DNA of 64,000 bases from Torpedo marmorata (GCA_977017645.1 OZ360227.1:99758001-99822000); one strand, 5' to 3'; positions 12,810 through 25,584 are shown, counted from the first letter of the stretch. Made by a program: numbers and translations. Notes: generated by a model from the sequence alone, not told the origin.

Positions 12810-13487
12810 ATTTTGTATATCTCTATCAAATTTCCCCCCATTCTTTACACTCCAGTGAATAAAGTCCTAACATGTTTAACCTTGCCTCAGTTCCTCAAGT
12901 CCAGGAAACATCCTTGTAAATCTCTGCACTCTTTCAATTTTATTGATATCTTTCCTGTATTTATACACTGCCACATACAGTCGCTGATTTATGGAATCTT
13001 ACTGATTTATTCAAACATCCTCAAAGTGTAATTAAGAATGGATATAGCACTGTTGGTAGTGTTGTCAGTAGGGAAGGTAAACCAAATATATCAAAGAGAA
13101 GCTGGAGGTATTCAGATAGGTGTTTTGGGTCAGGTTCCTTTCTCAATACTAAGGTAGGAAGGGGAGATAGTAAGCATAAAAAGGAGTGGGGGGGTGGTGG
13201 TGCTGGGGAGGGCCTAAGATGTAATAGGATACTGAACAAATGAAGGTGGGAGAGATGGAGTGACAGTTCAGGAGGGAGACCAGGGAGGGGGTAAGGGATT
13301 GTGAGAAAAGCAAGTACCTGTACTGGAATGGCCTATCAAAATGGGAACGTAAAGGACTTTACTGTGTCATTGCGAATTATGATAATTTATACTTATGTTG
13401 TTGGTGTGACTCATGTACCTGTGTGGCTGCAACAAGTAAGAATTTTGGTGCATTTGTATATTGTACTTACACATTGTCAAATACATA

Positions 13488-14170
13488 CCGTATATATTCG
13501 TGTAATAGACGACCCCCCCCCCCACTTTTTTGGCCCAAAATCAGGTGTTTTTGTATGACCTGTGCAAAAGTCGACCCTCCCCCCCTATTTTTGGCCCTGA
13601 CCACCCGCCCACCGGAGCTCCCAATGCCCCAACCACCTGGCCACCTGAATTATCGACCGCGGATCCTCACCCTGGCTACCCACCCATCCAAACTCCAACG
13701 CCCTGACCGCCCGCCCATCCGAGCTCCCGACCATGGATCCTCGCCCCGACCGCCCGCCCATCCGAGCTCCAGACGCCCTGACCGTGGACCCTCAACCCGG
13801 CCGCCAACCCATCCAAACTCCCAACACCCCAACCGCCCGCCCATCCAAGCTCCCATCTGCGGATCCTCGCCCCGGCCGCCTGCCCATCCAAACTCCCAAT
13901 GGCCCGGCCGACCGCCCACCGGAGCTCCCGACGCCCTGACCACCCGCCCATCCACGCTCCCGATCACGGATCCTTGCCCCAGCTGCCCGCCCATCCGAGC
14001 TTCCGACGCCACAAACGCGGACGTACCACCCGGTCCCGGCAATCTGAGCTCCCGATGCCTTGAACGACGCAGGTACTTACCGATGTCAAAAGTTTGACCT
14101 GTGTAAAAGTTGATCCTTCCTTTTTTGGCCTGAAAAAGTGGTCCAAAAAATTCAACGATTGCACAAGTAT
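13488..14170. mobile_element. Non-autonomous Tc1/mariner-pogo type DNA element with internal minisatellite
   Basis: TA followed by CCGTATATATTCGTGTAAT terminal repeat; degenerate right end attgcacaagtata; subterminal repeat gacctgtgyaaaagtyga near both ends. Confidence 0.6.
13600..14010. repeat. GC-rich minisatellite, core ccgcccgcccatccgagctccc
   Basis: About a dozen imperfect units alternating with cgccctga / cggatcctcg spacers; explains the Pro-rich ORFs. Confidence 0.9.
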
Positions 14171-14536
14171 AATGTACAATGTACAGATGCACCAAAATAC
14201 TTGCTGCAGCTGCACAGGTACATAAGACTCACCAACAACAAGAGTATAACTTAACATCATAGTATGTCATGATATATGATAAATATAAAAGGATGTAGTA
14301 AATAAAAAAGGATAGATAAATAAACATTCACAGTTGCAATTAGTACAAAAAGAAATGATGTCTCACAAATGCAGACATCTTTTGGTGGTCCTGGAGATGG
14401 AGCTGGATCGGGGTGGGGGTTACTTGAAATTGGAAAATTCATCGTTCATGCCATTGGGTTTTAGGCTTCCCAGGGGAAATATGATTTGTTAGTCCTTAAG
14501 TTTACGTTTCGCCTTGCCCTGGCAAAGCATGAATTA

Positions 14537-15520
14537 GAATCAGAATCAGAATCAGGTTTATTGTCATGAACATATCATGAAATGTGTTGTTTTGCAGCAG
14601 CAATATTGTGCAGAACAAGGTGCAAAAATTACTATAAGTTTTATAAAAATTACTATAAAATCACAATTAGGTAAATACAAGATTTAAATAAATAAACNNN
14701 NNNNNNNNNNNNNNNNNNNNNNNNNNNNNNNNNNNNNNNNNNNNNNNNNNNNNNNNNNNNNNNNNNNNNNNNNNNNNNNNNNNNNNNNNNNNNNNNNNNN
14801 NNNNNNNNNNNNNNNNNNNNNNNNNNAGAGAAAAAGTAAGGTAGTGTCCATAGTTTCATTGTCCATTCAGAAATCGGATGGTGGAGGGGAAGAAGCTGTT
14901 TTTGTAATGCTCGGTGTGTGTTTTCAGGCTCCTGTGCCTACTCCCTGATGGTAGCAATGAGAAAAGGGCCTGGCCTGGGTGGTGAGGTTCCTTGATGGTA
15001 GATGCTGCTTTCTTGAGGCACCACTTCTTAAAGAAGTCATTAATGGAGGGAAGACTAATGCCCATGATGGTGCTGACCGAGTTTACAACCCTCTGTAGCC
15101 TATTCCTGTCCTGTGCCTTGGCACCTCCGTATCAGACAGTGATGCAACCAGTCAGAATGCTCTCCATGGTATACCTGTAGAAATTTGCAAGAGTCTTTGT
15201 TGATATACCAAATCTCCTCAAACTCATCATGAAATATAGCCGCTGACGTGCCTTCGTCATAAATGCATCGACATGATGGTCCCAGAATAGGTCTTCAGAG
15301 ATGTTGATACCTAGGAATCTGAAGTTTCTTACCCTCTCAACTGCTGACCCCTCAATGAGGACTGGTTAATGTTCTCCTGGCTTCCCCTTCCTGAAGTCCA
15401 CAATCAATTCCTTTGTTTTACTGACATTTAGTGCAAGGTTATTATTGTGACACCACTCAACTAGCTGATCTTTCTCACTCCTGTACGCTTCTTCATTGCC
15501 ATCTGTGATTCTGCCAAGGA
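14537..15520 (-). mobile_element. 5'-truncated Rex1 LINE (contains N gap 14698-14826)
   Basis: (agaatc)n tail with tttattgtcatgaac; [17 protein letters not shown]; KEPHHPGQALFSLLPSG. Confidence 0.88.
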
Positions 15521-15794
15521 TGAGGCCAAGGTCTGACCTAAGGTGCAAGCCATCTTCGTTTTCTTCATTATTCCTACACAGAACACTTTGTTCTTGACTT
15601 CATCCATTGCCAGGGTGAGGCCAAATGTAAACTTAGGGAACAATTTACCATATCATTATCTCTCATGCCACATCCCAGTGAATGCCTTCTGAAAATCCAA
15701 ACACACTACGTCGATTGGCTCATCTTTGCTAATCCTGCTAGGTACAACCTAAAAAATATCTAAAAGTTAAAAAATAATTTCCCTTTTATAAAGT

Positions 15795-16405
15795 GAAACA
15801 CAGAAGTCTGCAGATGCTGTGATTGTAGTAAAAATACAAAAATGCTGGAGGAACTCAGCAGATCTTGCAGCGTCCTTAGGAGGTAAAGATGTATAACCGA
15901 TGTTTCGGCCTGAGCTCTTCTTCAAGGTATGAGCAAAAAACAGGCTGGCCTTGGAATAAAAAGGTTGGGGGAGAAGGGAAGAAAGGTCAGGGGGTGGAGC
16001 ACAGGCCAACAGACAAAAGGTGATAATTGGACATGGATAGGACACAGAAGAGAAGACAGGTGAGAATTGACTGGAGGACGGGGGTTGTTTTGGGCTCTGT
16101 GGAAAGAAACAGAGGGAAAGAGAGAGAGACAGAGCTAGAGGAAAGGAGAAATATGATGTGGGAAGGGGAGAGATGGGGGTGGGGGTGGGGGTGGGGGTGG
16201 GGGGGGGCCGCTAACAGAAACCGGAGAAGTCGATGTTAATGCCATCTGGTTGGAGGGTGCCCAGACAGAATATGATGTGTTGTTCCTCCAATTTGAGGGT
16301 GGTCTCAGTTTGGCAGTGCATGAGACCATGGACAGACATGTCGGCATGGGAATGGGACGGGGAATTGAAATGGGTTGCCTCTGTGAGATCCCCGTTCATG
16401 CAACA
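15795..16405 (-). mobile_element. Penelope-like pLTR and GIY-YIG C-terminal remnant
   Basis: ATHFNSPSHSHADMSVHGLMHCQTETTLKLEEQHIIFCLGTLQPDGINIDFSGF; same family as 10644-11660, opposite strand. Confidence 0.88.
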
Positions 16406-16579
16406 AATCCACGTCAACTCTGCCCAATCTCATTATATGACTGCCCATTTTTAAACTCAGATAATTAGATAATAAGTGAGTTTGGGAGAACTCCAATGAA
16501 AAGCATTTATTACCCAAAGGTAAAAAAAAGTATTCTAAGGGACAGGTTTTATGATAATTTAGAAAGGCCAAGACTCATT

Positions 16580-16910
16580 AGGGAGAGTTTGCATGTTTTG
16601 TTCATGTGAAAACTTTTTTGAGGAGGTTACTAAGAAAATTGATGAAGGTAAGGCAATAAATACCATATATATAGACTTTAGCAAGGCTCTTGACAATGTC
16701 CCACATGGTGGGCTGGTCCAGAAAATTGGGACACATGCAGTTCAATGATCCAAAATTGGCTTGGTGTTAGGAGGCAGAGGATCGTGCTGGAGGCTTGTTT
16801 TTCTCAGTGGAAGTCTGTAACTAGTGGTGTACCACAGGGATTGGTGCTGGGACTTTTGTTGTTTGTCTATAAATAAATGACTTAGATGAGAATGTCTGTG
16901 GTCTGATTAG
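16580..16910 (+). mobile_element. Degenerate CR1 RT fragment
   Basis: FFEEVTKKIDEG...IDFSKALDNVPH and SGVPQGLVLG recognisable. Confidence 0.7.
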
Positions 16911-18449
16911 AAGAAGAAGCCAGCAGAGTATGAAATCAGATAGACAACAATGTTTCTTAGAGATAAAGGCTAAATTGCCACAGGATAAGTGGTTCTATGC
17001 TGGATCAAATAGTGTGAAAGGCAGGGATAGAGAGGAGGCAACTTGGTGTTCTTGGTGCGGGGGGGTGGGGGGGCGTGGGGGTGAAGGGGTGGGGAGCTAG
17101 ACGTAAATTCAGAATTCTAAAATGTTGATGTGGGTAGCTGATTCATTGATGACTTGGGCAGAGGCAGAAAGATGAAGAGTGAGAATCATTGCAGACAACA
17201 CAGATTGGGAACGATGAGATGCCATCTCTACAACCATCAAAGGATTCAAAAGCCATTTAAGTAAATTGTGTTTGATATTTTTAGTTATCAATTTATTAAA
17301 TATTAAAATTTAATTTTGAAGACAAGTAGATTAGATGATAGAAAAACTCAATAGATAGTCTCGTTAGTAGATCAAAAGCTGTATTGAGAAGATGTCTGTT
17401 TCAACTCCTGTTTGTCCAACTGCTTGTAAGACTGGCCTGGGGCTGAGCTGTTGGAGGGGGATTAAAGACTATGGATCTTCCTTCAGAAGTGGTCTCATGT
17501 TTATCCCTCACGAGCTGAAACTGATCAGAGCTGCAGGGAAGATCGATATTGACTGTGTTGATTCCAGTCAGTGGACCAGCAGGAACACAGGCAGGCAACT
17601 GACCCTGTTGTTTTACCCACAAAACGAAAACAAAGATGTTATATTTAGTGTGTCTCCACAATGCTCTGAAATACGAGCAGCTCCTCTTCCCCTCCCCCAA
17701 ACCAAACACGACTTTATTACTGCCGAAAGGTCTGGAAAAGAGCTCTAATATCATGAAAGATAAGGAGCAGCTGTACAAACCATTGCTATATCCATGTGGA
17801 GCATTTATTAGTGGATGTAAGGGATTTTAATGACATACTGTCAACCTGGTGTTCAAAGGCAATATATGAGGCATAACTAAACAAAAGATATACTGTAACA
17901 AAAGAAAGAAAAATACAGCATTCAAACCACTGGAATTTTGAAGATTACTATAGGGTGATTGATAGCCAAGCAGAGGGCTTTATGATCAGTATTCTCATCT
18001 GTCAGAAATGCAGAAACAAAGCATTTTGGCTGTAAGATATTGTATCATAACATGAGTGATTCATATCTTGACCAGAGATACCTAGTACAAGAATTCATGC
18101 TCCTCTTTTACTGTTGCATTATTAGTTTGCATCTACTGACTATGCATTTGTAAATAGAATGCAAATGATCTCATCTCTTTTCAGTAGCACTTAAGGTTTC
18201 CTTTGACTCTGAATCCTGACAGCTGGAAGCTCATGCATATCTAAACAATTTAGTTTGTAGCACCAGTATTTGCAATACTTGATCCAGCAAAAGCCTGATA
18301 TTTGTACCAGTTGAGTACAACTAATGTTCAACTATAGGATACGTAGAGTATGCATTTCCGATAATTTTTCAGTTAGCCAACTGAACATGAAGCTTTAAAC
18401 TTTGATCTCAAAAGTTTCACGTTTGAATTTGAACATTGTTAATTAGCTT

Positions 18450-19262
18450 TACTCCAGGAATAATGATTAGTATTCCACACTACCATTCTGAGAGAGAACG
18501 ACAACCTCTCTCTCAAAAAGTATACTGTGTTGGACACTGTTGGGGGAATGACCTCCCAGGGAAAAACAGCAGCACCAACCCAGTTTGTGGCACTGTTTGA
18601 GAGTGTTGCACAGAAAGAGAGGAACAAACTATCACAATGATATGGGAATCTATCATAAGGGGGATGGGTAGGTGTTTTTGTGGCTACAAATGAGGTTCCA
18701 GGTAAGTCTTCTGGTAGGGTCAAGAATGTATTGGAGTGACTGCAGTACATCCTGAAGAGTGAGCTTGAACAGACAGCAGTCGTGCTGCATGTTAGTATCA
18801 ACAATGTAAGTAAGAGAAGGAATGAGGTTCTGCAACAAGATTTTAGGGAACCAAGTACCCATTTAAAGAGCAGGATCTCAAATATAGTCATCTCTAGATT
18901 GCTTCTGGTGCCACGAGCGAGAGCGTATAGGAATAGAAGAATAGATTAGATGAAGGGATGGTACTGAGGGATAGGCTTTAGGTTCCGGGATCATTGGGAC
19001 CATTTCTGGGGAAGATGGGAACTGTGCAAGTGAGAGTCTGTGCAAGGGTTACACCTTATACCAAAAAGGACCAATATCCTTTCGGGGACGTTTGCTCATG
19101 CTGTTGGGGGAGTTTAAACTGGCAGGAGAATGGGCTCAGAGTAGATGATCAGATGGAGAGGTAAAATCATGTGCACAGCAGATGAATTCAAAATTAAATT
19201 GCATCTATGTGAATGTTAGGAATCTAACAAGTAAGATCGATGAACTCAAAGCTGTAATTTAC
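18450..19262 (+). mobile_element. Degenerate CR1 ORF1 (SGNH esterase) and ORF2 start
   Basis: Similar to the reverse complement of 32500-33200; CIYVNVRNLTSKIDEL at ORF2 start. Confidence 0.7.
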
Positions 19263-19269
19263 GTGGCTG

Positions 19270-20640
19270 TATTTTCTGCTTTCTTTAAGCACTATTCCCT
19301 AATCCACTCATCCTTTCCCATCCATCCCTCTCCATTCCTGGCACTTTCTCCTGCAACTGTAGGAGGTGCAACACTTATCCCTGCACCTTCTCCGTCACCA
19401 ACATTCAGGGAACTAAACAGCCTTTCCAGGTGAGGCAGAGATTCGTGTGCACCTCCTCCAATCTAGTTGGTACTTGCAATGTGGCCTCCTCTGCGTTGGC
19501 AAGGCCAATTTCTGGAGCACCTAAGTGCTTTCTACAAAAGCCATTTTGAGCTTCGGGTTGCATATATCATTTCAACTCGCCCTCCCAATCCCACACCAAC
19601 CTGCCCGTCCTTGGCCTTCTCCACTGCCACAGTGAGGCCAACTGTAAACTGGAAGATCAGAAGCTTACTGTATATTACCCTTTGGTTCTCCCGCTTCAGG
19701 TAACCCACTCCCCATGTTCCTTTCCCACTCCCACCAATCCATCCATAGAACCATAGAACACTACAGCACAGGAACAAGCCCTTTGACCCATCTAGTCCAT
19801 GCCGAACTATTATTCTGCCTAGTCCAATTGACCTGCACTCAGACCATAGCCCTCCATACCCCTCCCATAAATGTTACTATCCAAATTTTTCTTATCATCC
19901 AGGGTCTCTCTCTATCCCTTTGATTACCTTTTCCATCTTCCCCCCATCCCCCCACACCACCACCCCCCCCCCCGTATTATCTAGACTGATCACCCTCCCC
20001 ACCTGCTTTCCATCTGCCCGCCTGGCTATCTCCTCTCTTGGTTCACCTTTCCTATCTTTCCCTTCCCCCATCTGGTTCCATCTTCCCATCATCCCTCCCT
20101 TATCTGGTTAAAGGTTAAAAGGTTCCATTATTGTCACATAATACTACATTTAGAATGTAACATACATGAAATTCTTTAATTTTTGTCTACCGTAAGCCAG
20201 ACAGAGAGTCGCTACTTTGTCCAGCGCCCCTCACAGAAACCTACTGCACCTGGTGTTCCTAGGCAGTCTACCCTCCAAGTATTGACCAGTTCTGTGCCTG
20301 CTTAGCTTCCGAGATCAGACTGGTTCTGCTTCTCACTTACCAGGCTTTACTCTTCCCCATCCTACCCTTCTCTACCCTTCCTACCCTTCACCTCTACCCT
20401 TCCCCATCCGCTTCCCCAACTGGATCCAGCTGCCTAAAATATTTGTTTTGTTTTCTTATGTTTCTATCTATCACCAACAAGCCTCTGTCTCACCCCTCCC
20501 TCTCACTGACTAAATACTGATTATCTTCTCTTTACATTCTCAGTCCTGATGCAGATTCACAACTCAAAATGTCGACCATCCCTTTACCTCTACAGGTGCT
20601 GTTTGCTTGCTGAGTTCTTCCAGCCATTTATTTTTCACCA
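19270..20640 (+). mobile_element. Old Penelope-like remnant carrying a CR1-type tail (19740-19895) and a SINE3
   Basis: GIY-YIG remnant (aaacagcctttccaggtgaggcagagattc...); pyrimidine-rich pLTR; degenerate ctgatgcag...aaaatgtcgac. Confidence 0.6.
20110..20319 (-). mobile_element. 5S rRNA-derived SINE (SINE3) with Rex1-type tail, 5'-truncated
   Basis: Minus strand GTCTGATCTCGGAAGCTAAGCAGG...TACTTGGAGGGTAGACTGCCTAGGAACACCAGGTGCAGTAGGTTT matches about the 3' two-thirds of 5S rRNA (20237-20320); then aagaatttcatg...atgtgacaataa and (aaccttt)n; 6-bp TSD ctggtt (20104-20109 / 20320-20325). Confidence 0.88.
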
Positions 20641-22590
20641 GAATGTTTCCTGGGACAGTGTGTTTCAGTAATGAAGAGAGACTTGAAAAGCTATGTCTGT
20701 TCTCCCTGGAGTTCAGGAGGTTAAGAGGGGACATGATTGAGGTATATAAAATTATGAAGGGTATAGGTAAGGCAGACAGCAGAAGACTCTTTTCTCATAT
20801 CAGAGATGGACAAAACAAGAACAAAGTTTTAAGAGCAAGAGAATCAGATGGGATATTGGGATGATCTAAATCACCCAGAGAGTAGCAAATACTTAGAATG
20901 TACAGCCCAATGGAGTATAGAGTCATAGAGATTTACAGCATGGAAACAGGCCTTTCAGCCCAACTGGTCTATGCTGTCCAAGTTGTCTACCTGAACTAGA
21001 CCCATTGCTTGTGTTTTGCCCATACCCCTCGAAGCCTTTCCCATCCATACATCTGTCAAAATGTCTGTTGAACATAACAATTGTCCCTGTCTCTACTACT
21101 TCCTCTGGCAGCCGGTTCCACATCCTACCACCCTCCCTATGTGAAATATGCCCTTCAGTTCCCTTTTAAATCTTCCTCTTTTTACCTTAAATCAATGCCC
21201 TCTAGTTTTCAATCGATGCCCCCAAGAAAAAGACTATTCACCTTATCTATGCCCTTCATGATTTTATATACCTCAGTGAGGTCACTCCTCACCTGCTACA
21301 TTCTAGGGAGAAAAGTCCCAGCCTCTTCTTATGGCTCAAGCCCTCCAGTGCTGGCAATATCCTTGTGAACTGTTTCAGCACCCTTTCCAGCTTAATGACA
21401 TCCTTATAATTGGGCAATAACAATTGCACATAATATGCCAAATGTGGCATCAACAACATCTTGTACAGTGTAACATTATGTCCCAGCTCCTGTACACAAT
21501 GCCCTTACTGATGAAGAAAGGGTGCCAGATGCTCTCTTCTCTGAGTGCTTGAAATGCGATTGCTGACAGTATTTTAAAAAGACTCTCGATGAGCACTTGA
21601 ATTGCTAAGGCATGGAAAAGTATGGGTCAAGTGCTGGGAAATGGGTTTACTGCTGAGGGGTGCCCATGGACTATAAGGATGTGGTGGGTCAAATGGCCTG
21701 ATTCCACCCTGTCTGTCTCTATGACTCTGAATCTATAACATCCCTCTTTTGTCATTAATGTTGCAGCATGATTGAAAAGGACAAATAACATGATCTGGAT
21801 AGCATATGTAATGGAAGATAGCCTTTTCAATACATTTCCAGCTCATGGAAGTTAATGAGCCTTATGAGCTTAGGTGCAAGCAGGTTTTGAAGAAATATTA
21901 TCAATCAAAGAAAACTTGTTGAGCAAAATAAGAGTACATATGAACATAGAAATCTGCAGGGAGAGTGGACTGCTCTGCCATTCTATAGGTCAAGGCTAAT
22001 CTCAAATCCTTGTTCTCTCCAACCCACCTAACCATTTACACCCTCCCGGCCCCACCCCAAAATGAAGAACCTAGTTAATTCTGCCTTAAAAATATTCAAA
22101 GATTCTGTTTTCACTGATTTTTGAGGAAGAGTGTCCCAAAACTCATGATCACAGAAGCATAGAATTGTACACCACCGAAATGGGCCATTTGGCCCACAAC
22201 ATCCATGCCAACCATTTTTGCCATCTACGCTCATGCAATATGCCCATGTTAGGACCAATCCTTTCATGCCTTTCCTATTTAACTGTCTCTTTATATCCCT
22301 CTTAAACATAGTGATTGTATCAGATTCTCCAAGAGAAAAAATATTATCATCACCTATTGCTTTTTTAAATGAGCCTTAGGCTTAAAGAATGGCCATGAGA
22401 TATAGATGTCCTCACAAAGGAAAATATTCCCTGCATAGCCACCATGCCAAGACTCCTCAAGATCTTAAATATTTCAATCAAATCACCTCTCACTCTTTTA
22501 AACTCCAGTGGACACGAGCTTAGCATTTCCTCATAAGGCAGTCTTCCCATTTCAGTCTGGTAAACCTTCTCTGAATTGCATCTGACACAG
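20636..22590. mobile_element. Cluster of CR1 3' fragments in both orientations
   Basis: RRLRGDMIEVYKIMKG (+, 20640-20900); WNRLPEEVVE (-, 20915-21540); RVRGDLIEIFKI (-, ~22370-22590). Confidence 0.75.
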
Positions 22591-22599
22591 TTACAATGT

Positions 22600-22830
22600 T
22601 GAAGACACAAGAAACTCCAAATGCTGGAATAAGCAGAAAAAAACTCCAAACTGCTGGAAGAACTTGGCAGGTCAAGCAGTGGTGAGAAATAGACAGCTGA
22701 CGTTTCGAGTTTCCAGTTTTGAAGCGGGATTTCAACCCAAAATGTTGACTGTCCATTTCCCTTGATTGATGCTGTCTGATCTCCAGCATTTTGTTTTTAC
22801 TCCAGCATCTGCAGTCCCATGTATCTCTCA
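22600..22830. mobile_element. Inverted Penelope pLTR pair (fold-back)
   Basis: atgctggaata...ctgctggaagaact...gacgtttcg followed by cccaaaatgttgactgtcc...tccagcatctgcag. Confidence 0.6.
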
Positions 22831-22971
22831 TATTGTAAATGACCGTGACACCAATCCATGCCATACAGAAAAATCATCTTTGCCTACTCTGTTTTCTGTA
22901 AGCCAGTCTATCCATCATCCATGTTAATATATCTCCTGCACCATGAGCTTTTATCATCTGCAATAACCTTA

Positions 22972-25181
22972 ACCCGACGCACTACAAATCTTAGTCGGAG
23001 ACTTTAACCAGGCCTGTCTCAAGAAAACCATGCCCAACTACCACCAGCATGTGACCTGCTGTAACAGAGGTCCCAGCATTCTCGATCACAGCTACACCAA
23101 GATAAGGAAGGCCTACCGTTCTTTCCCGTGACCGCATTTTGGCAAGTCGGATCATCCGGCTGTGCTCCTTCTACCTTCATACAGACAGTGCCTAAAATGA
23201 AAGGCTCTGGAGATCAGAACAGCTAGAAGGTGGTCGCAGGAGGCTGAAGAACGGTTGCAGGACTTTCTCAATTCAGCAGATTGGGCGGTGTTCAAGGACT
23301 CACCTGAGGATCTGAATAATTACACCAGGGCTGTCACAGACTTTATCAAAACAGCTGTGGACGAGTGTATCCCCGCCAAATCGTTCGAGGTTTTCCCCAA
23401 CCAGAAGCTCTGGATGAACAATGAAATCCGGAACCTGCTGAGAGCCAGATCGCAGGCATTTAAGTCCGGAGATCCAGATCACTACAGAAGGAGCAGGTAT
23501 GACCTGCGGAAAGCCATCTCCCAGACGAAGTGGAGTTTCCGGACAAAAATGGAAACCACGAGGGATACCTGACAGCTGTGGCAGGGCCTAAATGACATAA
23601 CCTTCTACAAAACAAAATCCGGTGCTGTAGGAGACGGCAAAGCTTCACTCCCTGACAAACTCAATCTCTTCTACGCCCGATTCAACCACAAGGACAAGAA
23701 AGAACCACCACTGCGCACCTCCATGTGTCCTGATGATCCCCTCCTGTCCGTATCCGAGGATGACGTGCGGGCTGCCTTCAGGAGAGTGAATCCGAGGAAA
23801 GCATCTGGTCCGGACAGAGTACCCAGAAGAGTGTGGTAACTTGCCTAAATGACTATCGACCAGTGGCACTCACATCAACAGTGATGAAGTGAAAGGCTGG
23901 TATTGAAGCATAGCAGCTCCTGTCTGAGCAGTGACATGGATCCGTTCCAATTCACCTATCATAGCAACAGGTCTACAGCGGATGCCATCTCACTGGCTCT
24001 ACACAAAGCCCTGGAACACCTGGACAGCAAAGATGCATATATCAGGATGCTCTTTATCGACTGCAGTTCAGCATTTAACACCATCATCCCTTCAAAACTG
24101 ATCAGCAAACTCCAAGAGCTGGGATTCAACACCCCACTGTGTAATTGGATCCTTGATTTCCTCACCTCCAGACCACAATCAGTGAGGATTTCTAAAAACA
24201 TCTCCTCCACAATCTCCATCAGTACCGGAGCACCAAAAGACTACGTTCTAAGCCCCCTGTTCTACTCGCTTTGCACCTGTGACTGCGTGGCTCGATACAA
24301 CAACAACACCACCTACAAATTTGCTGACGATACCACGGTAATGAGTTGTATAAAAAGAGGCGATGAGTCAGCATACAGGAGAGAGATTGAAAACTTGGCC
24401 GAATGGTGCACCAATAATAACCTCGCACTCAATGTCACCAAAACCAAGGAGCTGATTGTTGACTTCAGGAAGGGAAAACCTGATGTGCACAATCCAATGA
24501 TTATTGGGGGATCACAGGTGGAGAGGGTGAGCAAATTTAAGTTCTTGGGAGTCACTATCTCGGAGGATCTTTTCTGGAGCCAACACACTAATGGCATTGT
24601 GAAAAAAGCACATCAGTGCCTCAACTTCCTCAGGAGTATGTGGAGGTTTGGTATGACACCAGAAACCCTGGCAAATTTCTACAGATGTGTGGTGGAAAGT
24701 GTGCTGACCGGCTGCATCACGGTCTGGTATGGGGACACCAATAACCCCGAGCATAAAGCCATGCAAAAGCTAGTGGACACAGCCCAGGACATCACAGGCA
24801 AATCCCTTCCCACCATCGAGAACATCTACGGGGAATGCTGCCGTCGGATAGCAGCAGCAATCGTCAAGGATCCACACCACCCAGCACCCGTTCTGTTCAC
24901 GCTGCTACAATCAGGAAAGTGGTATAGGTACCACAAGACTCACACCACCTGGTTCAGGAACAGCTGCTACCCCTCCATGATCAGACTCCTCAACAATAAA
25001 CTCAATCAGGGACTCATTTAAGGACTTTTACTTTTGCACTGTTTTTTTTTCCTCTCTTCAGTTGTGTACATGTTTTTATTTGTTTACATGTGTACATTGT
25101 GTACAGTTTTTTTTTTGCACTACCAACAAGTGGTAATTCTGCGTGGCATGCAGGAAAAAGAATCTCAGGGTTGTATGTGAT
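22972..25181 (+). mobile_element. Rex1/Babar LINE (family B), 5'-truncated; tail resumes at 36165-36207
   Basis: [41 protein letters not shown]; internal deletion near 23825. Confidence 0.9.
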
Positions 25182-25584
25182 TGTAGTGACTACTTTCCTT
25201 TATAGTCGCTTGGAGGATATCAAAATGATGTTGTTGTCTATGACTCGTTCAAACAAATTCATACTAAAGTTAAGTTGAGTTTTCCAAAGTTTATTAAATG
25301 ATATTAAACATTGTTAACATTATTATCAGTTGCTATACGTTGTTACAAGCCGTTAAAACGTTATTAGATGTTCAATAGAAATTGTCCGAACTTTTCTGTT
25401 CCCTCCATTTCGCAGAACAAAAGAACTAAACTGAGCATCTTTATCTCTCTAACATGGCCGAGAAACCAGCCATAACCTTGGCTCAAAGATGTTGCTAGGA
25501 GACAGCATAAAAATATATTAAACAACATCCAGAAAGCCACAAACAGAATTGCTTGCGAGCTTGAAATCCATTTTAACTCTGACA
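25182..25584 (-). repeat. 3' LTR of BEL element
   Basis: Direct repeat of 35778-36164; adjacent PPT. Confidence 0.95.

Larger units (their letters stand above)
11661..12960 (-). mobile_element. CR1 3' fragment split by the GC-rich retroposon copy 1
   Basis: RLFPLRLGELQTRGHGLRVKGRS on the left of the insert and GNLIEIYKI on the right. Confidence 0.75.

Noticed and set aside
13600-14010. Repeat-spacer pattern resembling a CRISPR array
   Set aside because: Spacers are themselves repetitive, units are degenerate, context is eukaryotic, and there are no cas genes.
13423-14195. Pro-rich 224-aa and Gly-rich 181-aa ORFs
   Set aside because: By-products of a GC-rich minisatellite.
17392-17778. Overlapping 118-aa and 125-aa ORFs in unique sequence
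   Set aside because: No recognisable domain or splice context; does not match the expected next PDE11A exon.
20237-20320. Functional 5S rRNA gene
   Set aside because: Lacks the first ~36 nt, has many substitutions, and is fused to a retroposon tail with a TSD.
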